This document shows, one piece after another, positions 8,127 to 16,530 of a stretch of DNA of 42,854 nucleotides. A program made the translations under genes and the position numbers. This DNA is from a virus, in IMG/VR virus record IMGVR_UViG_3300009773_000002; one strand, written 5' to 3'. Below the pieces are notes generated by a model. It ran no database searches, was not told the DNA's origin, and saw only the letters and a list, made by a program, of their open reading frames with translations. Each line of letters begins with the position of its first letter. Position 1 is the first letter of the stretch.

Positions 8127-8180
8127 ACAAAAGAACCGTCATTTCGGTTATCGCACAAGACAAAGAAGGGAGATAAGCAA

Positions 8181-8423
8181 ATGAGCAAATACTATTTTAC
8201 ATTCGGATCGGCGGGGCAACTGTATTGCGGCGGGTGGATTATCATTCACGCAAAAAGTGATCGCGATGCAAGGGAGAAGTTTAAGAAATATTACGGCGTG
8301 AAGGGAAGCACGAGAGAAGGATTGATGAACTTCGCCTTTTCGTACACCGAACCAGAGTTTCAATCAACCGATATGCCGACAAAGGGAAACATGGGTGCGT
8401 TCTGTTGGAACGAGATCGTATGA
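8181..8423 (+). CDS. Hypothetical protein (80 aa)
   Basis: Track ORF. GAAGGGAG RBS. Confidence 0.7.
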   Translation: MSKYYFTFGSAGQLYCGGWIIIHAKSDRDAREKFKKYYGVKGSTREGLMNFAFSYTEPEFQSTDMPTKGNMGAFCWNEIV

Positions 8424-8437
8424 GAAGGGAGACGAAA

Positions 8438-8590
8438 ATGTTTGAAGTGCTATGTAGCGGATGCGGAAAGAAAATCGGGATTGACGGTTATACGTATAAG
8501 CACGAGAACTATTGTGAGAAGTGCTTTGAAAAGACCGTATACCCGGCGCTTAAGCGGTCATGTATGGACGATTATTATGAGCAGTTATAA
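8438..8590 (+). CDS. Small zinc-ribbon-like protein (50 aa, CSGC...CEKC)
   Basis: Internal ATG of track ORF 8405-8590, with GAAGGGAG upstream. Confidence 0.55.
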   Translation: MFEVLCSGCGKKIGIDGYTYKHENYCEKCFEKTVYPALKRSCMDDYYEQL

Positions 8591-8604
8591 GAAGGGAGAC
8601 AGCC

Positions 8605-8952
8605 GTGTACATTCCAAGCGGAGACTATCTTACGATACAGCAGTACATGAAGCGTGTGGGTGTTGAATCACGGTCAACGATCATGTCTGCGATCAAATCA
8701 AACCGACTAGGCGGGGCAATAAACATATCGAAAGGCGTATGGATTATCCCGGAGGATGCGGTAATCAAGACAAAGATTCTTAAACACGGACACGCCATAG
8801 GGGTAAACGCATGGATGCGCGGCGAGATCGAGCATCAAAACGAGTTGAAGAATTGGGAACTCCGAAAGCGGCAGTTGTTTCAGATATGGAAAGAGCAAAA
8901 CGGAATCGTTGACGACACGCGAGGAGAGTCACCGCATGACGATTTGGATTAA
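8605..8952 (+). CDS. HTH DNA-binding protein (115 aa, GTG start)
   Basis: LTIQQYMKRVGVESRSTIMSAIKSNRL helix-turn-helix pattern. GAAGGGAG lies before the GTG. Confidence 0.55.
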   Translation: MYIPSGDYLTIQQYMKRVGVESRSTIMSAIKSNRLGGAINISKGVWIIPEDAVIKTKILKHGHAIGVNAWMRGEIEHQNELKNWELRKRQLFQIWKEQNGIVDDTRGESPHDDLD

Positions 8953-9187
8953 CAACACGCCGTATCCGAACATTCTTTACGAGGAAAAAGATATTGCGAC
9001 AATCTTCAACGTCGCGCCGTATGCAATCTATAAACTCGGAGATAGAATCCCGCGGCACAAACTCTTGACGCTTGATACGGGCGGAAACGTCGTTGAACTT
9101 TACTTCTATAATCCTTATGAGATCATCCATTGGATTGAAGAAAACAAGGACAGAAAAGAATCGGAGATATTTTGGAAGCAGAAATGA
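8936..9187 (+). CDS. Hypothetical protein (83 aa)
   Basis: ATG after GAGGAGAG, in frame with track ORF 8909-9187. Confidence 0.6.
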   Translation: MTIWINNTPYPNILYEEKDIATIFNVAPYAIYKLGDRIPRHKLLTLDTGGNVVELYFYNPYEIIHWIEENKDRKESEIFWKQK

Positions 9188-9193
9188 AAGCAG

Positions 9194-9523
9194 GTGTGTG
9201 TCTTGATAAGTAAAAACTCAAGCATCGGAATCACCTATCAGGTTGTGGTCGTAAACCACGGCACGCTGAAAGGGTGTCCGGTTACGCGGTTTATGATACG
9301 GGATATTATTCAAGGGCTTCACGGAGAAACGATTACATATTGGGCGTCTGTGTTTGAAAACCTTGACCTGAACGTTGGCGACTCGGTGCGGTTCATAGAC
9401 ATTGACAACATTACCGTGTCGTATGACCCGGAACGGAAAAAGGTAAACCATTTTTTCAATGCGGTAGTAGATGTTATTCCGAACAAATCGGTCGAAAACG
9501 ATGAACAGAAGGGAGAAAACTAA
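9194..9523 (+). CDS. Hypothetical protein (about 106-109 aa; start uncertain, GTG 9194 or TTG 9203)
   Basis: Track ORF fills the gap between flanking genes. No ATG start has an RBS. Confidence 0.5.
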   Translation: MCVLISKNSSIGITYQVVVVNHGTLKGCPVTRFMIRDIIQGLHGETITYWASVFENLDLNVGDSVRFIDIDNITVSYDPERKKVNHFFNAVVDVIPNKSVENDEQKGEN

Positions 9524-9526
9524 GCC

Positions 9527-9796
9527 ATGACGCAGGATGAAATGGAATACAAAGAACTTGCAAACGCAATTATATTACAGGCGGTTAAGGATTACGAAAA
9601 GGACTATGCAGACCTTAAGACGCTCGTTGCCAACCAAGAAAACGAACATCAGCAACGATATCTTCGGCATTGCCTAGAAAAGATTGATTCGTTTTTTGAT
9701 AGCGAGTGGTGTGCCTCCTTGTCGCGCGACGATGTTTCTCGCTCATGGGAAAAGAAGAAGGCAGAAATACGCGAACGGATCGGGGAGGTAGAATGA
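9527..9796 (+). CDS. Hypothetical protein (89 aa)
   Basis: Track ORF. GAAGGGAG RBS. Confidence 0.7.
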   Translation: MTQDEMEYKELANAIILQAVKDYEKDYADLKTLVANQENEHQQRYLRHCLEKIDSFFDSEWCASLSRDDVSRSWEKKKAEIRERIGEVE

Positions 9797-10104
9797 AAAA
9801 AGCGTTTATTTGTTCCGCATACAGAGGAGACATCCAAAAGAACACGGAACGAGCAAAGCGATATTGCTTGACCGCGATTGATCATGGGTATGCGCCATTC
9901 GCGCCGCATCTTCTTTACCCTCAGTTTTTATGCGATGAGAGCAGAGCGGATCGATACGCGGGAATTCAGTGTGGGCTAGAGTTTTTGAAGTGTTGCGATA
10001 TTGTTTTGGTTTTTGGCGACATTACATACGGGATGAAAAAAGAGATTGACTTGGCGGCAGAATTAAAAATACCGATTGAATACATAGGAGGCGCGAATGA
10101 TTGA
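9793..10104 (+). CDS. DUF4406-like (nucleoside 2-deoxyribosyltransferase-fold) protein, paralogue 1
   Basis: MKKAFICSAYRGD...NTERAKRYC...GYAPFAPHLLYPQFL, about 70% identical to the product of 14169-14516. ATGA overlap start. Confidence 0.65.
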   Translation: MKKAFICSAYRGDIQKNTERAKRYCLTAIDHGYAPFAPHLLYPQFLCDESRADRYAGIQCGLEFLKCCDIVLVFGDITYGMKKEIDLAAELKIPIEYIGGAND

Positions 10105-10747
10105 ATACACAAACGAAGATTGCATGGTAGGCATGGCAAGGTATCCGGACAAGTATTTTGATTTAGCGATTGTTGATCCGCCGTATGGGTTGAACATCGC
10201 TAAAGAGAAGCCGCGCATTTCGGGTAGATGGAACTACATCCCAAAACAATGGGATTCATCTGTGCCGGACGAAAGTTATTTTACTGAATTGGTTCGAGTG
10301 TCAAAAAATCAAATCATATGGGGTGGTAATTATTTCGCGTTGCCGCCGTCGCGGTGTTGGGTTTTGTGGGATAAGCAACAACCGGTTGATAATTTTGCAG
10401 ACGGAGAAATGGCATGGACGAGTTTTGATGCAGTTTTATCTATTTTCCGATTCTCTTTTTGCCTGAACAGGGACAAGATTCATCCAACCCCAAAACCCGT
10501 TGCCCTATACAAATGGCTACTAACAAACTACGCAAAACCAGGCGACAAAATCTTAGACACGCATGTCGGTTCTGCATCGTCGCTTATCGCCTGTCACGAC
10601 ATGGGTTTTGATGCGGTTGGGTTTGAGTTAGACCCCGACTACTACAAGGCAAGCAAACAACGGCTTGAGGACTTTATGGCACAACCGAGACTTGAAGAAG
10701 CATGTAACAAAGAACTTGAACAAATTCAATTGATGGAGGTAGAATAG
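10097..10747 (+). CDS. Orphan DNA methyltransferase, N6-adenine/N4-cytosine class (beta-type motif order)
   Basis: DPPY motif (AIVDPPYG) near the N-terminus. AdoMet motif LDTHVGSASS near the C-terminus. Confidence 0.8.
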   Translation: MIEYTNEDCMVGMARYPDKYFDLAIVDPPYGLNIAKEKPRISGRWNYIPKQWDSSVPDESYFTELVRVSKNQIIWGGNYFALPPSRCWVLWDKQQPVDNFADGEMAWTSFDAVLSIFRFSFCLNRDKIHPTPKPVALYKWLLTNYAKPGDKILDTHVGSASSLIACHDMGFDAVGFELDPDYYKASKQRLEDFMAQPRLEEACNKELEQIQLMEVE

Positions 10748-10765
10748 TGAAATCGGCAAGAAAGG

Positions 10766-11491
10766 ATGGCGGCTATCATGAGTAAAGACCCTGCATTCCT
10801 TTTCTATCCGTCCGACTTCTTGACGGGTACGATGTTCCTGTCGAATGAACAGGTCGGCGCGTACATACGACTCTTGTGCGCTCAACATCAGCAAGGACAT
10901 TTACCGCAACGCGCAATGGAAATGATGTGCGGCGGCATAGACGAGGAAGTATTTTCGAAGTTTGAGCAGGACGAGAAGGGTTTGTACTACAACAAACGGC
11001 TCGACAACGAATCAGAACGAAGAACGAACTATGTTAAGAGCCGAAGGAAAAACCTTGCTTGTGAGAAAAAAGAGTCTGATATATCCCATATGGACTCCCA
11101 TATGGGCGCCCATATGGCGCCCCATATGGAGAGCCATATGGCTCTCCATATGGAAAATAGAAATGAAAATGAAAATATAGATAAAACTAAGAGTAAGAGA
11201 ACACTATTTATTCCACCAACGGTTGATGAGGTGTCTGCCTATTGTCAAGAGCGACGGAACAGCATAAGCGCAGAAACGTTTGTGGACTTCTACACGTCAA
11301 AAAACTGGATGATTGGAAAGAACAAGATGAAGGATTGGAAGGCGAGTGTTCGGACATGGGAACGGAACCACAAGGAGCAATCGGCATCGCCAAAACAAAA
11401 CTTTAAGGGCGTGGAGTACAGCGACGAAAAATTAGCAGAGTTTGAGGACGATCCGAACGAACTGATTGAACGGTGGAGGGAGAAGACATGA
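10766..11491 (+). CDS. Replication initiator/organiser, DUF1376 (YdaU)-type N-domain plus phage replication C-domain. Alternative start 10778.
   Basis: PAFLFYPSDFLTGTMFLSNEQVGAYIRLLC N-domain. C-domain FIPPTVDEVSAYC...FVDFYTSKNWMIGKNKMKDWKASVRTWE. The linker is encoded by iterons. Confidence 0.7.
   Translation: MAAIMSKDPAFLFYPSDFLTGTMFLSNEQVGAYIRLLCAQHQQGHLPQRAMEMMCGGIDEEVFSKFEQDEKGLYYNKRLDNESERRTNYVKSRRKNLACEKKESDISHMDSHMGAHMAPHMESHMALHMENRNENENIDKTKSKRTLFIPPTVDEVSAYCQERRNSISAETFVDFYTSKNWMIGKNKMKDWKASVRTWERNHKEQSASPKQNFKGVEYSDEKLAEFEDDPNELIERWREKT
11086..11153. repeat. Iteron cluster 2: six CCATATGG palindromes at exact 12-bp phasing inside the initiator gene
   Basis: Starts at 11086, 11098, 11110, 11122, 11134 and 11146. 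An AT-rich stretch follows (aaaatagaaatgaaaatgaaaatatagataaaactaa). Confidence 0.85.
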
Positions 11492-12183
11492 ACTTACCGA
11501 AGCGACTAATTCCTGTTCGGTTCAGGATGAAATACTCCCGAAACAAAGCGAATCCGTATTACCTAGACAAGAGGTGTTTCGTAGAGCGTAACGACGGGAA
11601 GCCGCTCACCTATCCGATACCGTTTACATGGGCGCATTTAATCGCGACACAAATCAATCGGTCGTTCTCGGCACAAACAACGGCAAAACACGGGAAGGTA
11701 ATACTTTTGGGAACGCTCCGCATCGAAGGGAACCCCGTCGAGGAAAAGAGTGCACCGATTGTAGCCGAAGATCGAAACGGCATCCTTGTATTGGGAGAAA
11801 ATCCAGAGTATACGGAATCTATTACCAGTGCGGCAATCAAGGGAGAGGAGTTGTTTATGAGCCGCATCACCGCGCTTCCGATTGAGCACAAGGTAATCAT
11901 CTGTTGTGAGTTTCATATCAACTCAAAGAAGCGGTACACGCTTCCGCTATGTCAGGCGTGGGCGTTAGACGTTCTTCATCGCTTGAACATCATCCGCTCC
12001 AAGACAAGCGAACAGGTTGTTTCTATGGACGGTTCAAAGATTCTCCGTGACAGAAAACGCAAAGAGCCGTATGTAATCATTACAATATGGGGATTAGGAG
12101 AACACTACTCTTCAATTGTTCAGCGGAAGCCGAATGCGAAAAGAACGTCGAGAAAATGGATTGTGAAAGGGGTAGAGAAATGA
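11488..12183 (+). CDS. Hypothetical replication-module protein (231 aa)
   Basis: ATGA-coupled to the initiator gene, with GGAGGGAG RBS. No motif recognised. Confidence 0.65.
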   Translation: MNLPKRLIPVRFRMKYSRNKANPYYLDKRCFVERNDGKPLTYPIPFTWAHLIATQINRSFSAQTTAKHGKVILLGTLRIEGNPVEEKSAPIVAEDRNGILVLGENPEYTESITSAAIKGEELFMSRITALPIEHKVIICCEFHINSKKRYTLPLCQAWALDVLHRLNIIRSKTSEQVVSMDGSKILRDRKRKEPYVIITIWGLGEHYSSIVQRKPNAKRTSRKWIVKGVEK

Positions 12184-12359
12184 CAGATAAACAGATGAAT
12201 AAAATCAATGCGATAATGTATGATCTAACATTATGTTATGACAAGGGATTTATAGAAAACAAAGCGGAAACCCTTGCATATCTTGCCGGAATTAAAGACA
12301 TTATGTCCATGCTAGGCTACACATGGAACGGCGCGGAGTTTGTGGAGGTTCAAAAATGA
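12180..12359 (+). CDS. Small hypothetical protein (59 aa)
   Basis: ATGA overlap with the upstream stop. In frame with track ORF 12087-12359. Confidence 0.55.
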   Translation: MTDKQMNKINAIMYDLTLCYDKGFIENKAETLAYLAGIKDIMSMLGYTWNGAEFVEVQK

Positions 12360-13708
12360 TCAAGGTAGCGAGTCTGTTTGATGGGATTGGCGGAACGCTG
12401 TTATCGGCTGCGATGTGCGGTATTGAGCCTGTATGGGCAAGCGAGATAGAGCCGTTTCCAATCAAGGTAACAAAGCACCATTTCCCGAACGTTAAGCACT
12501 TGGGCGATATTACAAAAATAAACGGTGCAGAAGTTGAGCCAGTTGACATTATTGTTGGCGGTTCGCCTTGTCAAGATTTGAGTGTAGCCGGGAAAAGAGC
12601 CGGAATGAAGCACGCAGAATTTGGTGACGAAGAAACAACAAGAAGCGGTTTGTTCATGGAACAAATACGAATTGTAAAGGAGATGCGAAATGCAACAAAT
12701 AAGCCTCGATTTATGGTCTGGGAAAACGTGCCCGGAGCCTTCAGTTCAAACAACGGAGAGGATTTTAGAGCAGTCCTCGAAGAAACGGCGAGGGTTGCCG
12801 ATCCCACAGTATCAATTCCTCGATCTGTCAACGGCTGGGCAAATGCTGGGAGCATCTTGGCAGACGGATTTACCATATCATGGCGCACGTTCGATGCACA
12901 ATACTGGGGAGTACCCCAACGTCGTCGTAGAATCTACCTTGTCGCAGATTTTGGAGGACAATCCGCACCCGAAATATTATTTGAGTGCCAAAGCGTGCCT
13001 AGGGATTCTGCGGAGAGCCGAAGCGAGGGGCAAGGAATTGCCGGAGATGTTGAAAGAGGCGTTAATAGCGCAGAGCCAATAGTCTTAAATGATCAGGGCG
13101 GCTCCGTAATGGACGTATCTAACAAAGCAGCAACGCTTAGAGCGGAAATGCACGGACATGTCCCCGTTGTCTGCTACGGCATCTCGTCATACGCATCAAA
13201 CGCCATGAAATCCAGCAATCCGCACAGCGGTATATACGAAGCCGACACGTCCAGAACGCTTGACGCAAACGGCGGCAATCCAGCGTGCAATCAAGGGGGC
13301 ATTTGCATTGTAAGCGAGCCAACACTAATAGAAATGACATCTACAAAAAATACAATCGTTGAAGATGGTATATGTCCAACACTAACGGCAAGAATGGGAA
13401 CAGGCGGCAATCAGGTAAATGCGGTGTGCTCTTCGGTTGGTGGTTTCATGCAAACAATTGTTGAAAAGTCGCCCACCTTGATGGCAAGAGATTACAAAGA
13501 CCCTCATGTTGTTTCTCAACAAAATAAACAAGTCCGCCGATTAACGCCCTTGGAGTGTTGCAGACTCCAGGGCTACCCTGACGGATGGACAGATATACCA
13601 GGGGCAAGCGATTCAGCAAGATATAAAGCCCTGGGCAACAGTTTCGCAATTCCAAATATATTATTCGTAATTCAAAAATGTGTTGAAATGATGAGGTGTG
13701 AAGTATGA
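12356..13708 (+). CDS. Orphan DNA cytosine-C5 methyltransferase with a long variable (target-recognition) region (450 aa)
   Basis: Motifs FDGIGG (I), GGSPCQDLS (IV), ENVPG (VI), QRRRRIYLV (VIII) and GNSFAIP (X). Confidence 0.9.
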   Translation: MIKVASLFDGIGGTLLSAAMCGIEPVWASEIEPFPIKVTKHHFPNVKHLGDITKINGAEVEPVDIIVGGSPCQDLSVAGKRAGMKHAEFGDEETTRSGLFMEQIRIVKEMRNATNKPRFMVWENVPGAFSSNNGEDFRAVLEETARVADPTVSIPRSVNGWANAGSILADGFTISWRTFDAQYWGVPQRRRRIYLVADFGGQSAPEILFECQSVPRDSAESRSEGQGIAGDVERGVNSAEPIVLNDQGGSVMDVSNKAATLRAEMHGHVPVVCYGISSYASNAMKSSNPHSGIYEADTSRTLDANGGNPACNQGGICIVSEPTLIEMTSTKNTIVEDGICPTLTARMGTGGNQVNAVCSSVGGFMQTIVEKSPTLMARDYKDPHVVSQQNKQVRRLTPLECCRLQGYPDGWTDIPGASDSARYKALGNSFAIPNILFVIQKCVEMMRCEV

Positions 13709-14166
13709 CTGAAACAGAAGTCAGGTTCATGCTCGAAAACCGCGCCGATATCATCAAGTCTATTGCGGTCATGTCAAAAATGCACAGAGAAACAAAAGCG
13801 GAAGTCATCGAGGCGGTTTGTCTGTCCGCGACATGCTACGACAAAGACCGCATCCAATCCGGCGGCGATGGCGACACCGTGACACAGACGATCTTAAAGG
13901 CGGAAAGAGAATACAGAGACTGTTTGAAATCGCATAGCGACATCCAGTTTTTATGCGAAACGCGAGAGCGGCAGCTGAGAGATTTAGACATGTGTCGGCG
14001 GAATCTGCTACAAATCGCGCAAGAGATACTACGACTTAGATTTGATGAAAAGTATACGGTAGCGGAGACAGCGACGTACACAGGCAGACCGAGCCGGACG
14101 ATAGGCAAGATAACAACGGAGTCGATTAAAACAATAGCGGGGCTGATGAGCCGGAAGGGGTGGTAG
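13705..14166 (+). CDS. Sigma-region-4-like / ArpU-RinA-type transcriptional regulator (candidate late activator)
   Basis: 153 aa. C-terminal HTH-like YTVAETATYTGRPSRTIGKITTESIKTIA. The position is typical of late regulators in Firmicutes phages. Confidence 0.45.
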   Translation: MTETEVRFMLENRADIIKSIAVMSKMHRETKAEVIEAVCLSATCYDKDRIQSGGDGDTVTQTILKAEREYRDCLKSHSDIQFLCETRERQLRDLDMCRRNLLQIAQEILRLRFDEKYTVAETATYTGRPSRTIGKITTESIKTIAGLMSRKGW

Positions 14167-14168
14167 GG

Positions 14169-14516
14169 ATGAAAAAAGCGTTTATATGTTCGGCATACAG
14201 CGGAGACATCGAAAAGAACACGGAACGAGCAAGGCGATACTGTTTGACCGCGCTAGATCATGGGTACGCGCCATTCGCTCCGCATCTTTTGTATCCGCAG
14301 TTTTTGCGTGACAGCGGGGCGGGTCGATACATAGGGATTCAATGCGGACTAGCGTTTCTGAAGTGTTGCGACATCTTGCTAGTGTTCGGCGCGGTGACAG
14401 CCGGGATGCATACAGAAATTGAAGCGGCAGAAAGGCTAGGGATGGAGATCGAATATATCGGTGGGATTAGCGACGATGCTTTATATGTGCAATCCAAAAA
14501 TAAACACCGAGTGTAA
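14169..14516 (+). CDS. DUF4406-like protein, paralogue 2
   Basis: MKKAFICSAYSGDIEKNTERARRYCLTALDHGYAPFAPHLLYPQFL. The 5' half is close to identical at DNA level to 9793-9930. Confidence 0.65.
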   Translation: MKKAFICSAYSGDIEKNTERARRYCLTALDHGYAPFAPHLLYPQFLRDSGAGRYIGIQCGLAFLKCCDILLVFGAVTAGMHTEIEAAERLGMEIEYIGGISDDALYVQSKNKHRV

Positions 14517-14597
14517 TAAGCGGGGATGTCATATCAATAGCGGCAAGTGTTTTATGACAAAGAAGCGCAAATATCGAAAGATCGAGGAGGTAGAACA

Positions 14598-14723
14598 ATG
14601 ACAACCAGAAAAAAGATAAAGTATTACGTCCGAATTGTTAAATGGATGTTTAAGCACCGAGACGAAAGAGATTGCAGGCAGAAGTGGCGACGGATGGAGC
14701 GAGAGTTGAGGAGGATTGAGTGA
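14598..14723 (+). CDS. Small basic protein (41 aa)
   Basis: GAGGAGG RBS, with ATG at 14598. Below the track cut-off. Confidence 0.45.
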   Translation: MTTRKKIKYYVRIVKWMFKHRDERDCRQKWRRMERELRRIE

Positions 14724-14724
14724 T

Positions 14725-14874
14725 ATGGATAACTGTTTTCAGAAACTATGCGACAAACTAACCAAACATCGGTGGCGTAAACTAATTTGTTGGTCTGTTG
14801 GAATAGAGCCTAAAGAATACCACTACAAGTGCAAGATATGCGGAAAGCGGTTTTGGAATTATGGTGAGGATTGA
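14725..14874 (+). CDS. Small Cys-containing protein (49 aa, ...YKCKICGKRF...)
   Basis: GAGGAGGATTGAGTGAT precedes the ATG. Below the track cut-off. Confidence 0.45.
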   Translation: MDNCFQKLCDKLTKHRWRKLICWSVGIEPKEYHYKCKICGKRFWNYGED

Positions 14875-14877
14875 GTG

Positions 14878-15084
14878 ATGGATATTGAGAGAGAACTTGA
14901 AATACTAATCGACAAACACAAGGGCAAACAAGTAGGACTTGGAGAAATTAGGCTTGATTGGTTTGCCGAAGATTGTTTGAAAGAGATTCGTAGGTTGAAA
15001 TCCGAGATCGCTCGCCAGTCGGTCAAGAGCGAGGAAGTGGCTATTTCCAAAACGGAAACAACCAGTGAGGAGGTAGAGGAATGA
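14878..15084 (+). CDS. Hypothetical coiled-coil protein (68 aa)
   Basis: Track ORF (ATG one codon after the GTG at 14875). Same GAGGATTGAGTGAT junction. Confidence 0.6.
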   Translation: MDIERELEILIDKHKGKQVGLGEIRLDWFAEDCLKEIRRLKSEIARQSVKSEEVAISKTETTSEEVEE

Positions 15085-15560
15085 GAGAGATTGAATTTAG
15101 AGCATGGGACAATAAGCGTGAAGTTTTGGTTACACAAGATAACGTAGAGGATCAGGTGGAGTTTGATGACGATGGCGGCGGCTATGGGCCGTACTACGGC
15201 GATGAATGGTTTCCTGCAAAAAAGATTCTCAGCATATTCGATTACTTCCAAGAGATCGCGCGAGATGATCGTTTTATTGTCGAGCAGTTCACGGGACTAC
15301 TCGACAAGAACGGCACGAAGATTTTTGAGGGAGATATTGTTAAGTGGGGACATTTGGCGAATAGTACAGAGAAGCCGATTCGGATTGCCGTCGTGGAATT
15401 TTCGCCGGATATACGGTATAGAATCCTAAATTTTGTAGACAAATGGAAATGTCCGGTATTTTTCCAGCAAGGTTGCTTCGCATACGCACAAACACACCTT
15501 TATTTAGAAGTGATCGGCAACATACATGACAACCCTGAATTATTGGAGGTAGAGGAATGA
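15081..15560 (+). CDS. YopX-family protein
   Basis: MREIEFRAWD...QFTGLLDKNGTKIFEGDIV...GNIHDNPELLE, the classic YopX pattern. Confidence 0.8.
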   Translation: MREIEFRAWDNKREVLVTQDNVEDQVEFDDDGGGYGPYYGDEWFPAKKILSIFDYFQEIARDDRFIVEQFTGLLDKNGTKIFEGDIVKWGHLANSTEKPIRIAVVEFSPDIRYRILNFVDKWKCPVFFQQGCFAYAQTHLYLEVIGNIHDNPELLEVEE

Positions 15561-15781
15561 ACGAGGAGCAATATCCAGTCATTACCGAAAAGTTGTTATT
15601 GTCATTGCGGTTAGCCGTGCAATGGCGCGACCTGAAACAATTTTGCAAAGAAAGGACATCCTGTTCGGGATGTCCTTATAATGACAGCAAGGTGTGTGCC
15701 GTTTTCACGAGTGACATGATATTTGAAAAAATCGCCTTTGCCGCGGAAGATTTTTTGATCGAAAACGGACTTATACTTTAG
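15557..15781 (+). CDS. Hypothetical protein (74 aa), last gene of the rightward arm
   Basis: Track ORF. ATGA overlap start. Confidence 0.6.
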   Translation: MNEEQYPVITEKLLLSLRLAVQWRDLKQFCKERTSCSGCPYNDSKVCAVFTSDMIFEKIAFAAEDFLIENGLIL

Positions 15782-16530
15782 CCGGATAAAGGCTTTTTTT
15801 CGAGAGTAAGTGCGGATATTGCGTTTGCAATGTTGAGTTTTAACGCTTTTATCTCCGCTTTTAATCGCGCGTTTTCCATGTCACAGGAAGGCGCGCCTGT
15901 AAAAATTATCCTTGTTGCCGAGTCTGCATCGCGCGTTTCCAACCCGTGCTTCTCTTGTTCTGCGCGCAACGCCGCCCACGAGTTCGTGCCGAAATAATCA
16001 GAGAACAAAAGGAGGTCGTGCCCCCTTTTGCACAACTCCCATACAAACCACCGAGCGTCGGAGCCGCGAAAAACAACGTTCGATATATGGTCTACCCGGG
16101 GCTCCGGGAACGGATTAGTTAAAACCCCGCCGTCGTCTATTTCTTTTTTGAAAAAGGAGGGGCGCCCAAACTTATTCCACTCGCTTCGGTCTAGCGGTTC
16201 AATGATAACGCCGTAAGCAGACCCCTTCGCGTGAACAACGATGTCAGGCATGACTACATACCCAATATGCTTAATTTCTCCGGCTAAATTGGCGCGGAAA
16301 ACCCAATCGCCAACCAAAATATCTGACCGTTCAATCTTATCGCAAAGAGAATACAGCCCTGCCGCCGTCGTGTCATACGAAAGAAGGTTTAATTTCTGAA
16401 GCGCCCATACCCCAAGCCCGGAGCAATCCCACTCCGGAACGCCGTCATGGTCTTCGTCGCCGCCCTGTGCGCCAAAAACATATTCACCTCCTATTGCGGA
16501 ACAAACAAGCCTAATAAAATCATTTAACAT
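15778..16530 (-). CDS. Endolysin: N-terminal NlpC/P60 (C40) peptidase plus C-terminal wall-binding-like region
   Basis: Catalytic Cys context WDCSGLGVWAL and His context IKHIGYVV. Sits next to the holin at the end of the late arm. Confidence 0.75.
   Translation of the reverse strand: MLNDFIRLVCSAIGGEYVFGAQGGDEDHDGVPEWDCSGLGVWALQKLNLLSYDTTAAGLYSLCDKIERSDILVGDWVFRANLAGEIKHIGYVVMPDIVVHAKGSAYGVIIEPLDRSEWNKFGRPSFFKKEIDDGGVLTNPFPEPRVDHISNVVFRGSDARWFVWELCKRGHDLLLFSDYFGTNSWAALRAEQEKHGLETRDADSATRIIFTGAPSCDMENARLKAEIKALKLNIANAISALTLEKKPLSG
15780..15800 (+). terminator. Weak hairpin plus T7 run, a possible terminator of the rightward arm embedded in the endolysin 3' codons
   Basis: AGCC-ggataaa-GGCT followed by TTTTTT. 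Confidence 0.3.

Noticed and set aside
8123-8176. 17-aa ORF MNKRTVISVIAQDKEGR
   Set aside because: It is too short and lacks distinctive features. It may simply be spacer between coupled genes.
11488-12183. RusA-like Holliday junction resolvase
   Set aside because: Only the size and position are reminiscent. The conserved Asp residues of RusA are not evident in the C-terminal half, so it is left as hypothetical.
14485-14601. 38-aa ORF (MCNPKINTECNKRGCHINSGKCF...) overlapping the end of the DUF4406-like gene
   Set aside because: It has no RBS and overlaps a supported gene out of frame. It could be real but is not supportable from sequence alone.
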